DNA of 64,000 bases from a virus (lineage: Duplodnaviria > Caudoviricetes), in IMG/VR virus record IMGVR_UViG_3300026549_000032, positions 96,001 to 160,000 of that record; one strand, given 5' to 3'. The translations under genes and the position numbers were made by a program. Of this stretch, positions 29,668 to 39,259 are shown in pieces; position 1 is the first letter of the stretch, and each line of letters opens with the position of its first letter. The notes beneath the pieces are model-generated. The model was given only the letters and a program-made list of their open reading frames with translations, was not told where the DNA came from and made no database searches.

Positions 29668-29996
29668 TCAAGTATAAACAACGAGGCCAAAATGATACTT
29701 TCCCGGGAGAGGTCACAACATGGAAATATGGAGATGACGTCCCAGAGTGGTTAAGTGACATAGCTAAAGTGGCCAGCATAGATAATAATACTCATAGAAT
29801 CTCCTTAGAGACGAGGGAGACTAATACTGGGGGATTCGAAATCCTAGATTCAAGTGGACAACATGTCTTGGCGAGACTAGATTCGAAAACCGACATCTTA
29901 TGTAGGGATATTAGTTCGGAGGTTAAAGGAATTACTCTATTCTCCATGACCCCACGTCAATTTGACTTAATTTATGTAAGCTATGGACAATTATGA
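29664..29996 (+). CDS. Hypothetical protein
   Basis: 110 aa, ATGA coupling. Confidence 0.65.
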   Translation: MIKYKQRGQNDTFPGEVTTWKYGDDVPEWLSDIAKVASIDNNTHRISLETRETNTGGFEILDSSGQHVLARLDSKTDILCRDISSEVKGITLFSMTPRQFDLIYVSYGQL

Positions 29997-30432
29997 TGAA
30001 CTTCAATCGAAGATTAGCACGATTGAATCTGAGCTTGCCAAAGCCAAACTAGAACTAGAGAGCAGTAAGAAAGACGACTTCAAAGCAGAAGTAGAGAAAT
30101 TCTTTGAAGCTGCCCTTGATGAGCAAGCTATTACTGGAATGGGACTTAGCTTTAATCTATCAGAAGATATGAATTTTGCTAAGGGGATGATAATTGCTCT
30201 ACTAGGAAATGAATCAAGCGATGACTATGCTATGGCCAAGACTTATTTCAACTCTTTCAAATCTAAGTACCTAGAACTTAGTGAGAAGATTGCTGAAGTA
30301 AATCACATCAGGGCTAGTGTAGAAAACATGGTTCGTGTCTTCAAGAATGAAGTACACCTAGCGGAGGAGAAAAAGAGAAAAGCGGCGATTGAGAGTGACT
30401 ATAGTCTCAAACCGGAGATCGCTGAGATTTGA
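29983..30432 (+). CDS. Coiled-coil hypothetical protein
   Basis: 149 aa. Confidence 0.65.
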   Translation: MDNYDELQSKISTIESELAKAKLELESSKKDDFKAEVEKFFEAALDEQAITGMGLSFNLSEDMNFAKGMIIALLGNESSDDYAMAKTYFNSFKSKYLELSEKIAEVNHIRASVENMVRVFKNEVHLAEEKKRKAAIESDYSLKPEIAEI

Positions 30433-30528
30433 TAAATTTCTGACAAAGCCTGTGGGGAAACCGTCTGTGATGGATAGTTTTCCCACTTTTTACCTTATAT
30501 ATGAAATGAATAATAACACAACAAAAGT

Positions 30529-30717
30529 ATGAAGAAAAGTAAGAATTGGCTATTGATTATTGTAGTAGTGATCGTAGCAATCTGGGTTCTCCCGGCCGCT
30601 TTAGGTGCACTAGGGAGTTTAGTATGTGTCAGCTTTTCCTTGATTGGATCGCTGATTAGTGTCGGATTCTGGGCTTTCGTAGCCTGGTTGTTATGGAAGC
30701 TTTGGAAGAAGGCTTAA
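30529..30717 (+). CDS. Small membrane protein
   Basis: 62 aa hydrophobic; CCTTATA at 30493-30499. Confidence 0.65.
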   Translation: MKKSKNWLLIIVVVIVAIWVLPAALGALGSLVCVSFSLIGSLISVGFWAFVAWLLWKLWKKA

Positions 30718-30741
30718 GAGTAAAAATAAAAGAGGGGCAGC

Positions 30742-31671
30742 TTAATTGCTGTCGCCTTCTTTTTTATTTATCCACCAGATTATGTGGTCTTCGAGAGGTT
30801 TATCTGGTTCAAGCCCATATGTATTCCCGAATTTTGCTACGGAGGACTTAATCATCTCCTTTGTTTTCTCAAAGAACCCATCGATCAAGTCTTCATGGCC
30901 ATCCATAAATTCCTCATACTCTATGTTGGTATATTGAGTAGGATTATATATGACTGTATATCCCATACAGGCCGAAGTGTATCGGAGTTCTAGATTTCTA
31001 TCAACGGACACCCAGTAGTAATCATCTGCTCCATCAACGGCTCCTAAGAGATATGCTAGGTCTCTTGGTTCTACCTTATCGTAGTTCCCTGGATAATCAG
31101 GGTTTCCCCATGCCCAGTGAACGTACTTACCAACATCGTCCTTAGCTTCTTTCAAGATAGCTAGTTCATTATTGGCGTGCCAGAAGAGATGGTGTTTGCT
31201 GTAGTAGGCGTTCTTAAGTTTCTCTAAGACGTCTACATTACATTCCTCTATGGGATTTCTGGGGTTACCGTTTTCATATTGATCACCAAAGATATCTAAG
31301 ATAAATCGCCCAACGGCTTTCGACCTAGACTTTCCAGCTTTACAATGAATAACGAAGTCCTTTCCTAAGTTCCTTTCAATGAAGGTAACTATCTGAGCTC
31401 CCTGTCCACCAGTCATGGCTTTCATCCAATGTCCTTTGTAAGGATAATCACCCGGTCCGGGGACATCATCAAACTCTATATTAAAGACGTTCGGAGAATC
31501 GGAGAGGATGTGATCATTATCGAAGTCATCCTTATCCTCTTCCAGTCGATACTTGATACAGTCTGGGGAACCTTCAATAGAGATAAAGGCTGTCTTAGTG
31601 GGATCTCTCTTGTATATTTCTTCTCGGAAATCTACTTTCGAGTATACACTTACTGTTTTCTTTTCCTTCAT
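30742..31671 (-). CDS. Cys-based (PTP/dual-specificity-like) phosphatase with C-terminal extension
   Basis: VIHCKAGKSRS matches HCxxGxxR(S). Confidence 0.8.
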   Translation of the reverse strand: MKEKKTVSVYSKVDFREEIYKRDPTKTAFISIEGSPDCIKYRLEEDKDDFDNDHILSDSPNVFNIEFDDVPGPGDYPYKGHWMKAMTGGQGAQIVTFIERNLGKDFVIHCKAGKSRSKAVGRFILDIFGDQYENGNPRNPIEECNVDVLEKLKNAYYSKHHLFWHANNELAILKEAKDDVGKYVHWAWGNPDYPGNYDKVEPRDLAYLLGAVDGADDYYWVSVDRNLELRYTSACMGYTVIYNPTQYTNIEYEEFMDGHEDLIDGFFEKTKEMIKSSVAKFGNTYGLEPDKPLEDHIIWWINKKEGDSN

Positions 31672-32030
31672 GGTAATTCCTCTATTCCTTGATCCAACCA
31701 ATCAGCCACTATATGGCGGTGACAGAAGTCACCCGGTTTCTCGTAGCATACCAGAGCAATTTCTTCCCTACCGCCCGCTAGTTTCTCTAAGTTCTTTAAA
31801 ACTGACTCTTTGTCTAGGACTCCAAGTCTTTCATGTAGGAACCTCTCAGTGTACCTTTCGGGTGAACCACCACGATTCTTGTATTCATCATAGATATCCC
31901 AGGAAGGAGCCAAGAGTTTATACTCAGGGTACTCCCAGCCTGGAACAGCTTTCCCACATATAGCAATAGGCATTATCTTGTCCGTATCTATTGACTTAAT
32001 GTAAGCGAAATAGGTTGTCCAAATCTTCAT
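31668..32030 (-). CDS. DUF488-family protein
   Basis: IWTTYF, LAPSWDI, LVCYEKPGDFCHRHIVADWL. Confidence 0.8.
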   Translation of the reverse strand: MKIWTTYFAYIKSIDTDKIMPIAICGKAVPGWEYPEYKLLAPSWDIYDEYKNRGGSPERYTERFLHERLGVLDKESVLKNLEKLAGGREEIALVCYEKPGDFCHRHIVADWLDQGIEELP

Positions 32031-32905
32031 TTCTTTTTCTTTAAGGCCCGCCAATTGGGTACTTCATCCTCCGCACCAGCTTTGATGTTTATAGCTGGTT
32101 TAATGAAGTACAAGATGTCGGCGGTCGGTTTAATATTCTCAATGATTTCCTCCATTGGTTTATATGCCATAGGGGATTCATCGATTGTACTTATGTTGAC
32201 GGACGTCGAGTAGATACCTTCCATAGACTTTTCAAAGTCCTTTAACTTCAAGGTATCTTTTGCCTTTGCTCTCGACATAACACGCCCTGCGCCATGTGAG
32301 CAGGAGTAGTTCCAATCAGGATTTCCTTTCCCCACACAGACTGCCATACCGTCTCTCATGTTGAATGGGAGAAGGAATGTCTCATGAAGATTAGCTCGTA
32401 CGGCACCCTTTCTAATCATAGGAATACCATCAACTGTATCAAAGTCTATATAGTTGTGAGTAGTAGTTACCACCCCAACTTTCTTAGCCTCTTTGACAAT
32501 CCCTTGATAAATCTCCTCAGCTAAGCGAAGGATAGTTTGATGATTATAGGCTGCATAAGCCTGTGCTATTACCATATCTGTCAGGTAGTAGCGAAGATCT
32601 TCTCCTTCCAAGTAGCCAGGATTTCCCTGAGATTTATACTCGGCTATAGCCTTGTCTATCTCCTCACGAATCTTAGTTTTATCTTTGGTTCTTTCGCGAA
32701 CCTCTCTTGTGATTTGTCTTTCGACTTGTTTATCGAGTTTAACTTTATTGGCTATGTCGTGCCACTTTCTCCATACCCTCTGGCCTAGGTTTCTAGAACC
32801 AGTATGAATGGTAACGGCCTGGATTGGTGTCATCATATCTCCTCCTACACCACCAAAGATGGCAGTAGATGGAGAAACGCCCGTTCCATACTCGATAAAG
32901 TGATT
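32027..32905 (-). CDS. rtcB: RtcB RNA ligase, exon 2
   Basis: NHFIE, IHTGSRNLG, THNYID, RKGA, SCSHGAGRVMSR, DESPMAYK. Confidence 0.95.
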   Translation of the reverse strand, partial: NHFIEYGTGVSPSTAIFGGVGGDMMTPIQAVTIHTGSRNLGQRVWRKWHDIANKVKLDKQVERQITREVRERTKDKTKIREEIDKAIAEYKSQGNPGYLEGEDLRYYLTDMVIAQAYAAYNHQTILRLAEEIYQGIVKEAKKVGVVTTTHNYIDFDTVDGIPMIRKGAVRANLHETFLLPFNMRDGMAVCVGKGNPDWNYSCSHGAGRVMSRAKAKDTLKLKDFEKSMEGIYSTSVNISTIDESPMAYKPMEEIIENIKPTADILYFIKPAINIKAGAEDEVPNWRALKKKK

Positions 32906-33804
32906 CATTTTTGTTACTTAAATACAATCTTATTATTATGTTCTTTTAGGAATAATCCTTTTCCAATTTTGTATTTCCATAGCTTTTTTATATTTTCTAT
33001 CAATATATAAATCGCTATCTATATACAATTTATGAGCAATAATTACAGCACTCTCATTTTTTATAACAATGTTGTAAACATTATCTCTCTTATTTCTATT
33101 TACTTTTTTATCTATGTTTAGCTCTTTCTTCAAGAATTTTAAAAATTCTTCTTTTAAAGACTCACTTTTAGTAACTAAACTTACAAAGGGTTCTGGATTT
33201 TTAGCTCTTGTAAATCCAATACTACCATCACCATCTATTACTCCTCTCCAGAAAGAATATTCATCGTATTCTACTTTTGGAGTAGAGGCATTTATCGTTT
33301 TATCTGATGTTGGAAATCCAAATGAGATCAACTTATCTCTGAACTCTTTTCTATGGTTTGTAAAAATTTTTGTTTTATATCCATTTTTGAAATTGGTATT
33401 TCTAGTTCTTTCACGTATTCCAGAATTAGGAATCACGCTGAATAGTTTCATTACAATATCTTCGTCTTTTTCACCAACCTCAAGAGTCACTTTACCTCTA
33501 TTTCTAGTAGTTAGATAAAGTGAACCATCAGTTATGAGCAGACCATAGATATAGCTTTCTATTTTATCCATTCAATTTAATTAATTTTATGTATTTAAGG
33601 CTAGATCATTTCTGTCTAGCTCTGCCAGTTCTTAGTTCCTGACAGATCGGAGCACACCTTCAGCCTTTATAGACTGCTCAAGTCCCTCTGCTCTCTACGG
33701 GGGTATTTAAACCTTCCCTCGGCGGTTAGCATCACAGCTTTCCCCGATATGGACGAGTTTTACAACTACTAGCTATTAACTAGTATGGAGGCAATCATTT
33801 CCTC
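32906..33804 (-). mobile_element. Group I intron (899 nt) in rtcB
   Basis: Interrupts GTIGGG|NHFIE; P1 pairs exon GGAGGU with intron GCCUCC (U-G at the splice site); terminal G at 32906; P10 UGAUU/AAUCA; core elements ATATCGGGGAAA, GTAGAGAGCAGA and AAGGTGTGCTCC (P7 GAGCA/TGCTC). Confidence 0.93.
32936..33571 (-). CDS. Intron-encoded double-motif LAGLIDADG homing endonuclease
   Basis: YIYGLLITDGS and FWRGVIDGDGS; more AT-rich than flanks. Confidence 0.92.
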   Translation of the reverse strand: MDKIESYIYGLLITDGSLYLTTRNRGKVTLEVGEKDEDIVMKLFSVIPNSGIRERTRNTNFKNGYKTKIFTNHRKEFRDKLISFGFPTSDKTINASTPKVEYDEYSFWRGVIDGDGSIGFTRAKNPEPFVSLVTKSESLKEEFLKFLKKELNIDKKVNRNKRDNVYNIVIKNESAVIIAHKLYIDSDLYIDRKYKKAMEIQNWKRIIPKRT

Positions 33805-34317
33805 ACCTCCACCGATAGTTCCTATTGATTTATAGAATGTGGCTGGATCTATACCAACATCCTTCATCCATTCCTCCAAGTCATCTTCGTCTTGGAATTC
33901 TGGGACTATTGTTAGACCACCTGTTTTCTGATAAGCCTTTCTTAAGGACTCTCTAAGGAATTTTAAGAAATCCTTAACCTCAAACATCCTTTGTTCCTGA
34001 AGTCTCTTCCCTAAGGGGAACGTTTTCTTCAGGCGGTGTTCGAAAAGTGGATATTTATCGGCCGGAATAGGTTCGCTCATAAAAAGAGCACTAATGGAGC
34101 AACCTAGGTCGCAACCAACATGATCAGGATTAACCCAATCTCCGAGAGGAGCAGTAAATCCAATCACTATTCCTTCTCCTGAATGCACGTCAGGCATCAC
34201 TCTAACCTGTTTTCCTTCAAATGCTTTGTTTCTACAGACTTCGTAAATGGTTTCCATAGCTCCAGGTTCTACATAGTCTGTGAATATTTTACAATTAAAA
34301 TTCTCTAGTTCAATCAT
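33805..34317 (-). CDS. rtcB: RtcB RNA ligase, exon 1
   Basis: VMPDVHSG, VGCDLGC, SIGTIGGG; spliced product about 463 aa. Confidence 0.93.
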
Positions 34318-34525
34318 AGTCATCAAGTGATCTTTCTTGTTTTCTATACTCTGCCATTCTCTCCTCGTATTTAGTACCAGCCAAGAATCCTTTTCTGAAA
34401 GCAAAATTCATGGCCTTTGTTACGATGGAGTTTATATCCAGTCCCTCTGCAATAAACTTCTTGACTGGTTCGTCAGTATCCTTGAAGTGATTCTGCAGGT
34501 CTGGTTTCTCTGGTTCTCTAATCAT
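34310..34525 (-). CDS. Small hypothetical protein
   Basis: 71 aa, overlaps the rtcB start. Confidence 0.55.
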   Translation of the reverse strand: MIREPEKPDLQNHFKDTDEPVKKFIAEGLDINSIVTKAMNFAFRKGFLAGTKYEERMAEYRKQERSLDDYD

Positions 34526-34627
34526 TGTTTATTTTCTTTTGGTTTATAGAACGGACAATTCATATAGGCTAGTGGACTATGTTCAAAGCATTCACTTTGA
34601 TTCCACGCCTCAGCACAGTTTCCTGAT

Positions 34628-35029
34628 TCAATGCACATTGTTTAGGTATATATTACTTAAAATTAGCCAAGTTACTACAATCTGGCACATATGTACTATT
34701 TGATCTGTCCAAAGACTAATCTTTTTTTGATTTGCTTTTAGATCGTCTATTATGTAGTGTGCCGTTGCATTTAATACAAATATTACGGTCACAGTCTCAT
34801 TAATTCCCTCCCATCCCCAAGTTATAACTAAGAATGGAAAAAGAATCATGATTGACCACGACATACTATGGATAGCTAGTGCCATTTTATAGTCGTTCTT
34901 ATAAAGATCGTCAGGGGCGTTCTTTTCCCACCAACACCTCTGTTTCATACTGCTTAGGCAGATTGGTTGTAACACAAAATCATCAATGATATGTGCTAGG
35001 ATCATAAATAGTAGGAGCTTAGTCATCAC
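34628..35029 (-). CDS. DUF3307-family membrane protein
   Basis: LAHIIDDFVLQ...AHYIIDDLK...DQIVH. Confidence 0.8.
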   Translation of the reverse strand: MMTKLLLFMILAHIIDDFVLQPICLSSMKQRCWWEKNAPDDLYKNDYKMALAIHSMSWSIMILFPFLVITWGWEGINETVTVIFVLNATAHYIIDDLKANQKKISLWTDQIVHMCQIVVTWLILSNIYLNNVH

Positions 35030-35220
35030 TTATTAGCAATAATGTAACATAACACTACAATTCCAGCTACCATAACTGCTGGCCAGAATAACCAGGCTCC
35101 AACTGGGATTAGATTCCTTTTCCACCAAGAATCAGCTTCTTCAACTAAGACTCTTCCTATAATTAGAGCCCAAATTCCAAATACTAGATAAAGTATTGTT
35201 GCAATGATAATAGTTAGCAT
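35026..35220 (-). CDS. Small two-TM protein
   Basis: 64 aa hydrophobic. Confidence 0.6.
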   Translation of the reverse strand: MLTIIIATILYLVFGIWALIIGRVLVEEADSWWKRNLIPVGAWLFWPAVMVAGIVVLCYIIANK

Positions 35221-36254
35221 AATACTCTTGTTATTCTATTTAAAAATTTAACAGGTTCTCGGTTTTCGAAGTAGAATAGGAGGTCGTAATCGTCGGGCTG
35301 AGGAGGAATACCATGTAGGTCTTCATAGATTTGAGCCATATAATTCTTCGTCACTCCTTTCATTTCATAGGTTCCGTCAGAGAACTCCTTGAGGTATGCT
35401 CTGACACTCTGATCTGTAACTGTCTTGTATTCGACTGACTTCAGGAAGAATATCTGAGGATTCACGTAGGTCTGTTGTTCGGCAGCTACCCAATCACGAA
35501 CCTCTAAGAGGCCTTTCCAATCGATCTCTACTGGATCTGGTCCGAGGGCGAAGATAATTTCGTCGTTATCACGGGTAATAATCTCTCCCTTATCTCCAAT
35601 GAATTCTTTAATCGGTCCAGCAGCCTTGGTTATCATCCACTTCTCAATAGTCATCTGTCTGGAGGGATTTGTATTTCCAAAGACAACCACTCTAAGGTGT
35701 TTACTCTTCTTGATGTAATTCTTCACTGACTCCGGACACTTATCCCCAATGATAGCATCAACCCACTTATCGTAGAGTTCTTTAGGTTTCTTACCTTCCT
35801 CTGGTCCGACCGGAACTCCTGTGAAGAAGTCTGGAGAGATAGAAGATAGGGCTTGGTAATTAGCTCGAGACATATCTATACTCAGATAGTATTGCCCTAC
35901 CTTACTTTCATTATAGATATTATTCTTTGGGAGTTTCTCGGGGATATAATCAAACTCCTTGTTCGTAGCGGAGTACTCTTGAAGATCTTTCTTATTGAAA
36001 ACATCATACCAAGGACTCTGCAAAATACCTTGTAATAGAGCTTCTCGACCTTGGAAGTAGGAATCTATAAATGCCTTCGGATTTCCACCAAAGTCTTTCT
36101 CTACTCCTTGGAGAATCTCATCCCAGAGGGTTTTAGTTTTAAACATACCCTCATAAAGGTTCACCAGGTATTCAAAAGGACCATCTTCCATAACTGTAAT
36201 TGGAAGTTTCATGTCCTCAATAAATCTGTACTTTAATTCTCTATTTTCTATCAT
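35214..36254 (-). CDS. Hypothetical protein with polymerase-palm-like motifs
   Basis: YLSIDMSRANY, RDNDEIIF, EMKGV. Confidence 0.55.
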   Translation of the reverse strand: MIENRELKYRFIEDMKLPITVMEDGPFEYLVNLYEGMFKTKTLWDEILQGVEKDFGGNPKAFIDSYFQGREALLQGILQSPWYDVFNKKDLQEYSATNKEFDYIPEKLPKNNIYNESKVGQYYLSIDMSRANYQALSSISPDFFTGVPVGPEEGKKPKELYDKWVDAIIGDKCPESVKNYIKKSKHLRVVVFGNTNPSRQMTIEKWMITKAAGPIKEFIGDKGEIITRDNDEIIFALGPDPVEIDWKGLLEVRDWVAAEQQTYVNPQIFFLKSVEYKTVTDQSVRAYLKEFSDGTYEMKGVTKNYMAQIYEDLHGIPPQPDDYDLLFYFENREPVKFLNRITRVLC

Positions 36255-36291
36255 ATCATAGGTAAGGGGAACAAAAGAGAAAGGAAGTGTT

Positions 36292-36906
36292 TTATACTTC
36301 CTCTATCTTTCTTATCTTAACATCACTCCATATATCCATAGGTGCTCCTACTGGTGTAAGGATATCCACACGATTAGTAAACCTTGGATTCATAGTATCA
36401 TGTACGATGTACCGACCATTGATTCGTTTGTTTCCTTTAACGACGGTCAATTCAATAATGTTCCCGTAGCTGTACTTATCAAGTAAGTCTCTACTAACGG
36501 CAACCCACCGAATTTGTCCTCGCTCAAGTTTCTTTAGGTCTATCTTACTATTATCCGCAGTCACTAGTGGATCTTCATCACATTGTAATACCACTGGATT
36601 ATACTGAGTAACTGTTACTCTTCCTCTGTGTTTCTTTTTCTTCTGAGCAACCATAGCCGGTTTGATTGTTTTCTTCACGGCTGGTTCTTCCCAGAGTAAA
36701 CACTCATCTATGGCTTCAGGATCAGGTCCATCATACTTACCAATGGATGCAATAGCTCCCTCCAGCCACTCTTTCTCCCGTTGTTCCTTGCTTTTAGGTT
36801 TGTCGGGGTTCAAGTTATGCCCGAATAGACAAAACATGAACATAACTGTTAGGGTGAACATTAATCTGTCGTCCCTCTTTTCATCTTTTGTCATACTTCT
36901 TGGCAA
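36292..36906 (-). CDS. 3D-domain (lytic transglycosylase-like) protein with N-terminal TM
   Basis: VTVTQYNP..QCD..PLVTAD, VAVSRDL, VHDTMN.RF..RVDIL. Confidence 0.82.
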   Translation of the reverse strand: MPRSMTKDEKRDDRLMFTLTVMFMFCLFGHNLNPDKPKSKEQREKEWLEGAIASIGKYDGPDPEAIDECLLWEEPAVKKTIKPAMVAQKKKKHRGRVTVTQYNPVVLQCDEDPLVTADNSKIDLKKLERGQIRWVAVSRDLLDKYSYGNIIELTVVKGNKRINGRYIVHDTMNPRFTNRVDILTPVGAPMDIWSDVKIRKIEEV

Positions 36907-37219
36907 TTATTTTAAGTTCATCATTCTTGCCATTTAAAGTACTCTTTAAGAGTGCGTCGGCAAGTAAAATTAGCGTATCAACTCCGACCGTATTTTTTAC
37001 TTTCGGAATATTCTCTTCTGTATATACCGTTCCATCGGTATCTTTATTATTAAACTGGAAAGAGGTATTTTTGTCCATTTTAATGGTCCTCTTTTTCAGT
37101 CGCTGTACGTAATACTGACAAGTTTCATTTACGAAACCTACCATCTCATCAATGACTTTACGTCTTTGTATGTCGAACTTTGCCCAGTTCTCATACCTTT
37201 TTCTGAAATAATTTTCCAT
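36881..37219 (-). CDS. Hypothetical protein
   Basis: 112 aa after a bipartite promoter motif. Confidence 0.65.
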   Translation of the reverse strand: MENYFRKRYENWAKFDIQRRKVIDEMVGFVNETCQYYVQRLKKRTIKMDKNTSFQFNNKDTDGTVYTEENIPKVKNTVGVDTLILLADALLKSTLNGKNDELKIIAKKYDKR

Positions 37220-37248
37220 ATTATTCTTCGTTTAATTATTCTACTATA

Positions 37249-37278
37249 TATAAGGCGCTGATATACTTTTCAGACGGT
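37249..37278 (-). promoter_or_regulatory. Bipartite phage promoter ACCGTC-N17-CCTTATA
   Basis: Motif pair read directly from sequence. Confidence 0.65.
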
Positions 37279-37442
37279 CGAAATTAAAATACAGGACTCG
37301 ACACCTCCTTTCAAAAGATGTTGTCGTCTCTGTATACACAAACACAAACTACTTAAAACTCACTAAAAACCGGAACAATTATCATCGTTAATCGTTATTA
37401 CATTATTAGTTTTCACATTAATAAGGGTTTGAAGGGGAAGAC

Positions 37443-38372
37443 CTAAATCTCCCCTCCTATAATTAATTTTTCGAAGTCTTCCAAGCTAAGCTGTGTACCA
37501 GCTGCTCCAGCATGACCTCCTGCTTTGTCTGCTCCGAAACGACTTTGTAGGTATTCGCCACAGTTGAATTCTGGTCGTCTACCATTTTCCATGTACATAC
37601 CGAGCGTGAAGTATACACCGCCCGTAGTCTCGTCGGTTTTTCGATTGGCAGTCATGTAGATGTCATAGTCATCCTTAACTGAATCGAAAATCCTAGAACC
37701 CATGCTATTGGTCAGGATACAAATTCCTTTGTATCTTCCTGCAACAGTGACAGGGAATGAATACGTCTTCACGGCGGCCTTGAATTGCTGCTTCTCATAC
37801 TCATTGATCATTCGACCGGCCTCTAACATGTGATCCATAGAGAAACCATCAGTCATAAAATTATCGAAGTTCTCATAGATCTTGTCGAAGTTCATTCCGT
37901 ACTGTGCTTTTAGCGCGAGTTGGAATGGAACAATCTCTATGTCCCAGCTGAAACGTCCATGATCCCAGACGTCGTAGGCAGAGAGATATTGGATAGTCTT
38001 CGGAGGTTTAGCACCTCTGGTAAAGAATTCCCAGGCAAGTTCACACGCCCCCTGACCAATTCGTCTCAGGCCATCAATATCGTTATAGCCGTTGCTATCA
38101 GCGAGGTTTAGGGCAGTTACATGATGATCAATCCAGATCACGTCTACATTTCCCTTTAACCATTTCATAATGTTGGGAGGGAATGATATGTCAACCAGAA
38201 TGGCAGCATCAAACTCCATCTCATCGAACTTAGGCATTGGATCACCGTGTGTCCATCCTAGCATCTCAATTTCATCCCAATAATTCTCCTTAGTGAGGGC
38301 CCACTTAGTGACTCCCGCACTGAACAGTCCATCGTAATCTACTCGATGGTAAACTATAATTACTTTTTTCAT
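37443..38372 (-). CDS. DHH-family phosphoesterase
   Basis: YHRVDYDG, LVDIS, WIDHH, GGHAGAAG. Confidence 0.9.
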   Translation of the reverse strand: MKKVIIVYHRVDYDGLFSAGVTKWALTKENYWDEIEMLGWTHGDPMPKFDEMEFDAAILVDISFPPNIMKWLKGNVDVIWIDHHVTALNLADSNGYNDIDGLRRIGQGACELAWEFFTRGAKPPKTIQYLSAYDVWDHGRFSWDIEIVPFQLALKAQYGMNFDKIYENFDNFMTDGFSMDHMLEAGRMINEYEKQQFKAAVKTYSFPVTVAGRYKGICILTNSMGSRIFDSVKDDYDIYMTANRKTDETTGGVYFTLGMYMENGRRPEFNCGEYLQSRFGADKAGGHAGAAGTQLSLEDFEKLIIGGEI

Positions 38373-39163
38373 ATTATATCAAGGAAGGTAGAATCTCCGT
38401 CGTAGACTCTCAGAAGGATTAACTCTTCATTGAAAGCGGTTCTCTCAATGTTTTCTTGAGTCACCACCATGCCACTCCAGGTGGAGATATCTTCGAATAC
38501 TTTATCCGTCCCACCAACGGTAGCGAAGTCACACTCTAAGAGATTGGAGATAGTCTCTCCATAGCGTTCACCAAAGAAGGACTTCTGACTATCCGTCAAG
38601 TCGCGAGCTACAAACAGGGCTATGGCTGTGTGGAAGTAATTCCTGATGTGCTCGGGATCTGAGAAGAGAGGATAGGATTTCATCTCCTTAAACTCCATTT
38701 TCTCCTTAAACTTGTCCTTCGAATAGAGAATTCTCTCATTGGCTTTCTGTCGATCGGGAGTTGAGATAGCTGAGCAAAGACTGCGTTCTGCCTCTTTGAT
38801 TTCCCACTTCCAAGTGGCAGCCTCTAAGACACAATCTGATAATGTGTCTATGTACCTGTCGATCAGTCCATTGGCAGCCTCCAAGGAATCAAACCAATAG
38901 TCATCAGCCTTAGTCTCGGCACCAACCCAGAAGTCTTTCCATGGGGCTGGGATCTCTAATTTCTCAGCAGTCTCCCTGACTTCCGCATATTTTCTACGGC
39001 AATGCACCTTGTACTTGTCCAGCTCTAGTGTTACGTCTATGAGCTTATCTTGGAAAGCACTAATTTCACGTCTGGCTGCATTTGCCTTCTCAAGTTCTTT
39101 CTTCTTAGTACTTAATAGTCGATCTAATTCATCGGTACTAATTTCTTTGTTCTTGAATTTCAT
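38369..39163 (-). CDS. Hypothetical coiled-coil protein
   Basis: 264 aa. Confidence 0.7.
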   Translation of the reverse strand: MKFKNKEISTDELDRLLSTKKKELEKANAARREISAFQDKLIDVTLELDKYKVHCRRKYAEVRETAEKLEIPAPWKDFWVGAETKADDYWFDSLEAANGLIDRYIDTLSDCVLEAATWKWEIKEAERSLCSAISTPDRQKANERILYSKDKFKEKMEFKEMKSYPLFSDPEHIRNYFHTAIALFVARDLTDSQKSFFGERYGETISNLLECDFATVGGTDKVFEDISTWSGMVVTQENIERTAFNEELILLRVYDGDSTFLDII

Positions 39164-39259
39164 TTGTCTTGTTTTGTTATTTGTTTCTCAAAGGTAAGGG
39201 GAACCTATGACTTTGTAGGTCTAAATTCCCCTTAGTGAATTCCTTCGTAAGTATGGCAG

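Noticed and set aside
33769-33804. C-terminal tail EEMIASILVNS of ORF 33769..34404, and ATG 32908 as a gene start
   Set aside because: Both are intron sequence; the two ORFs are exons of one rtcB.
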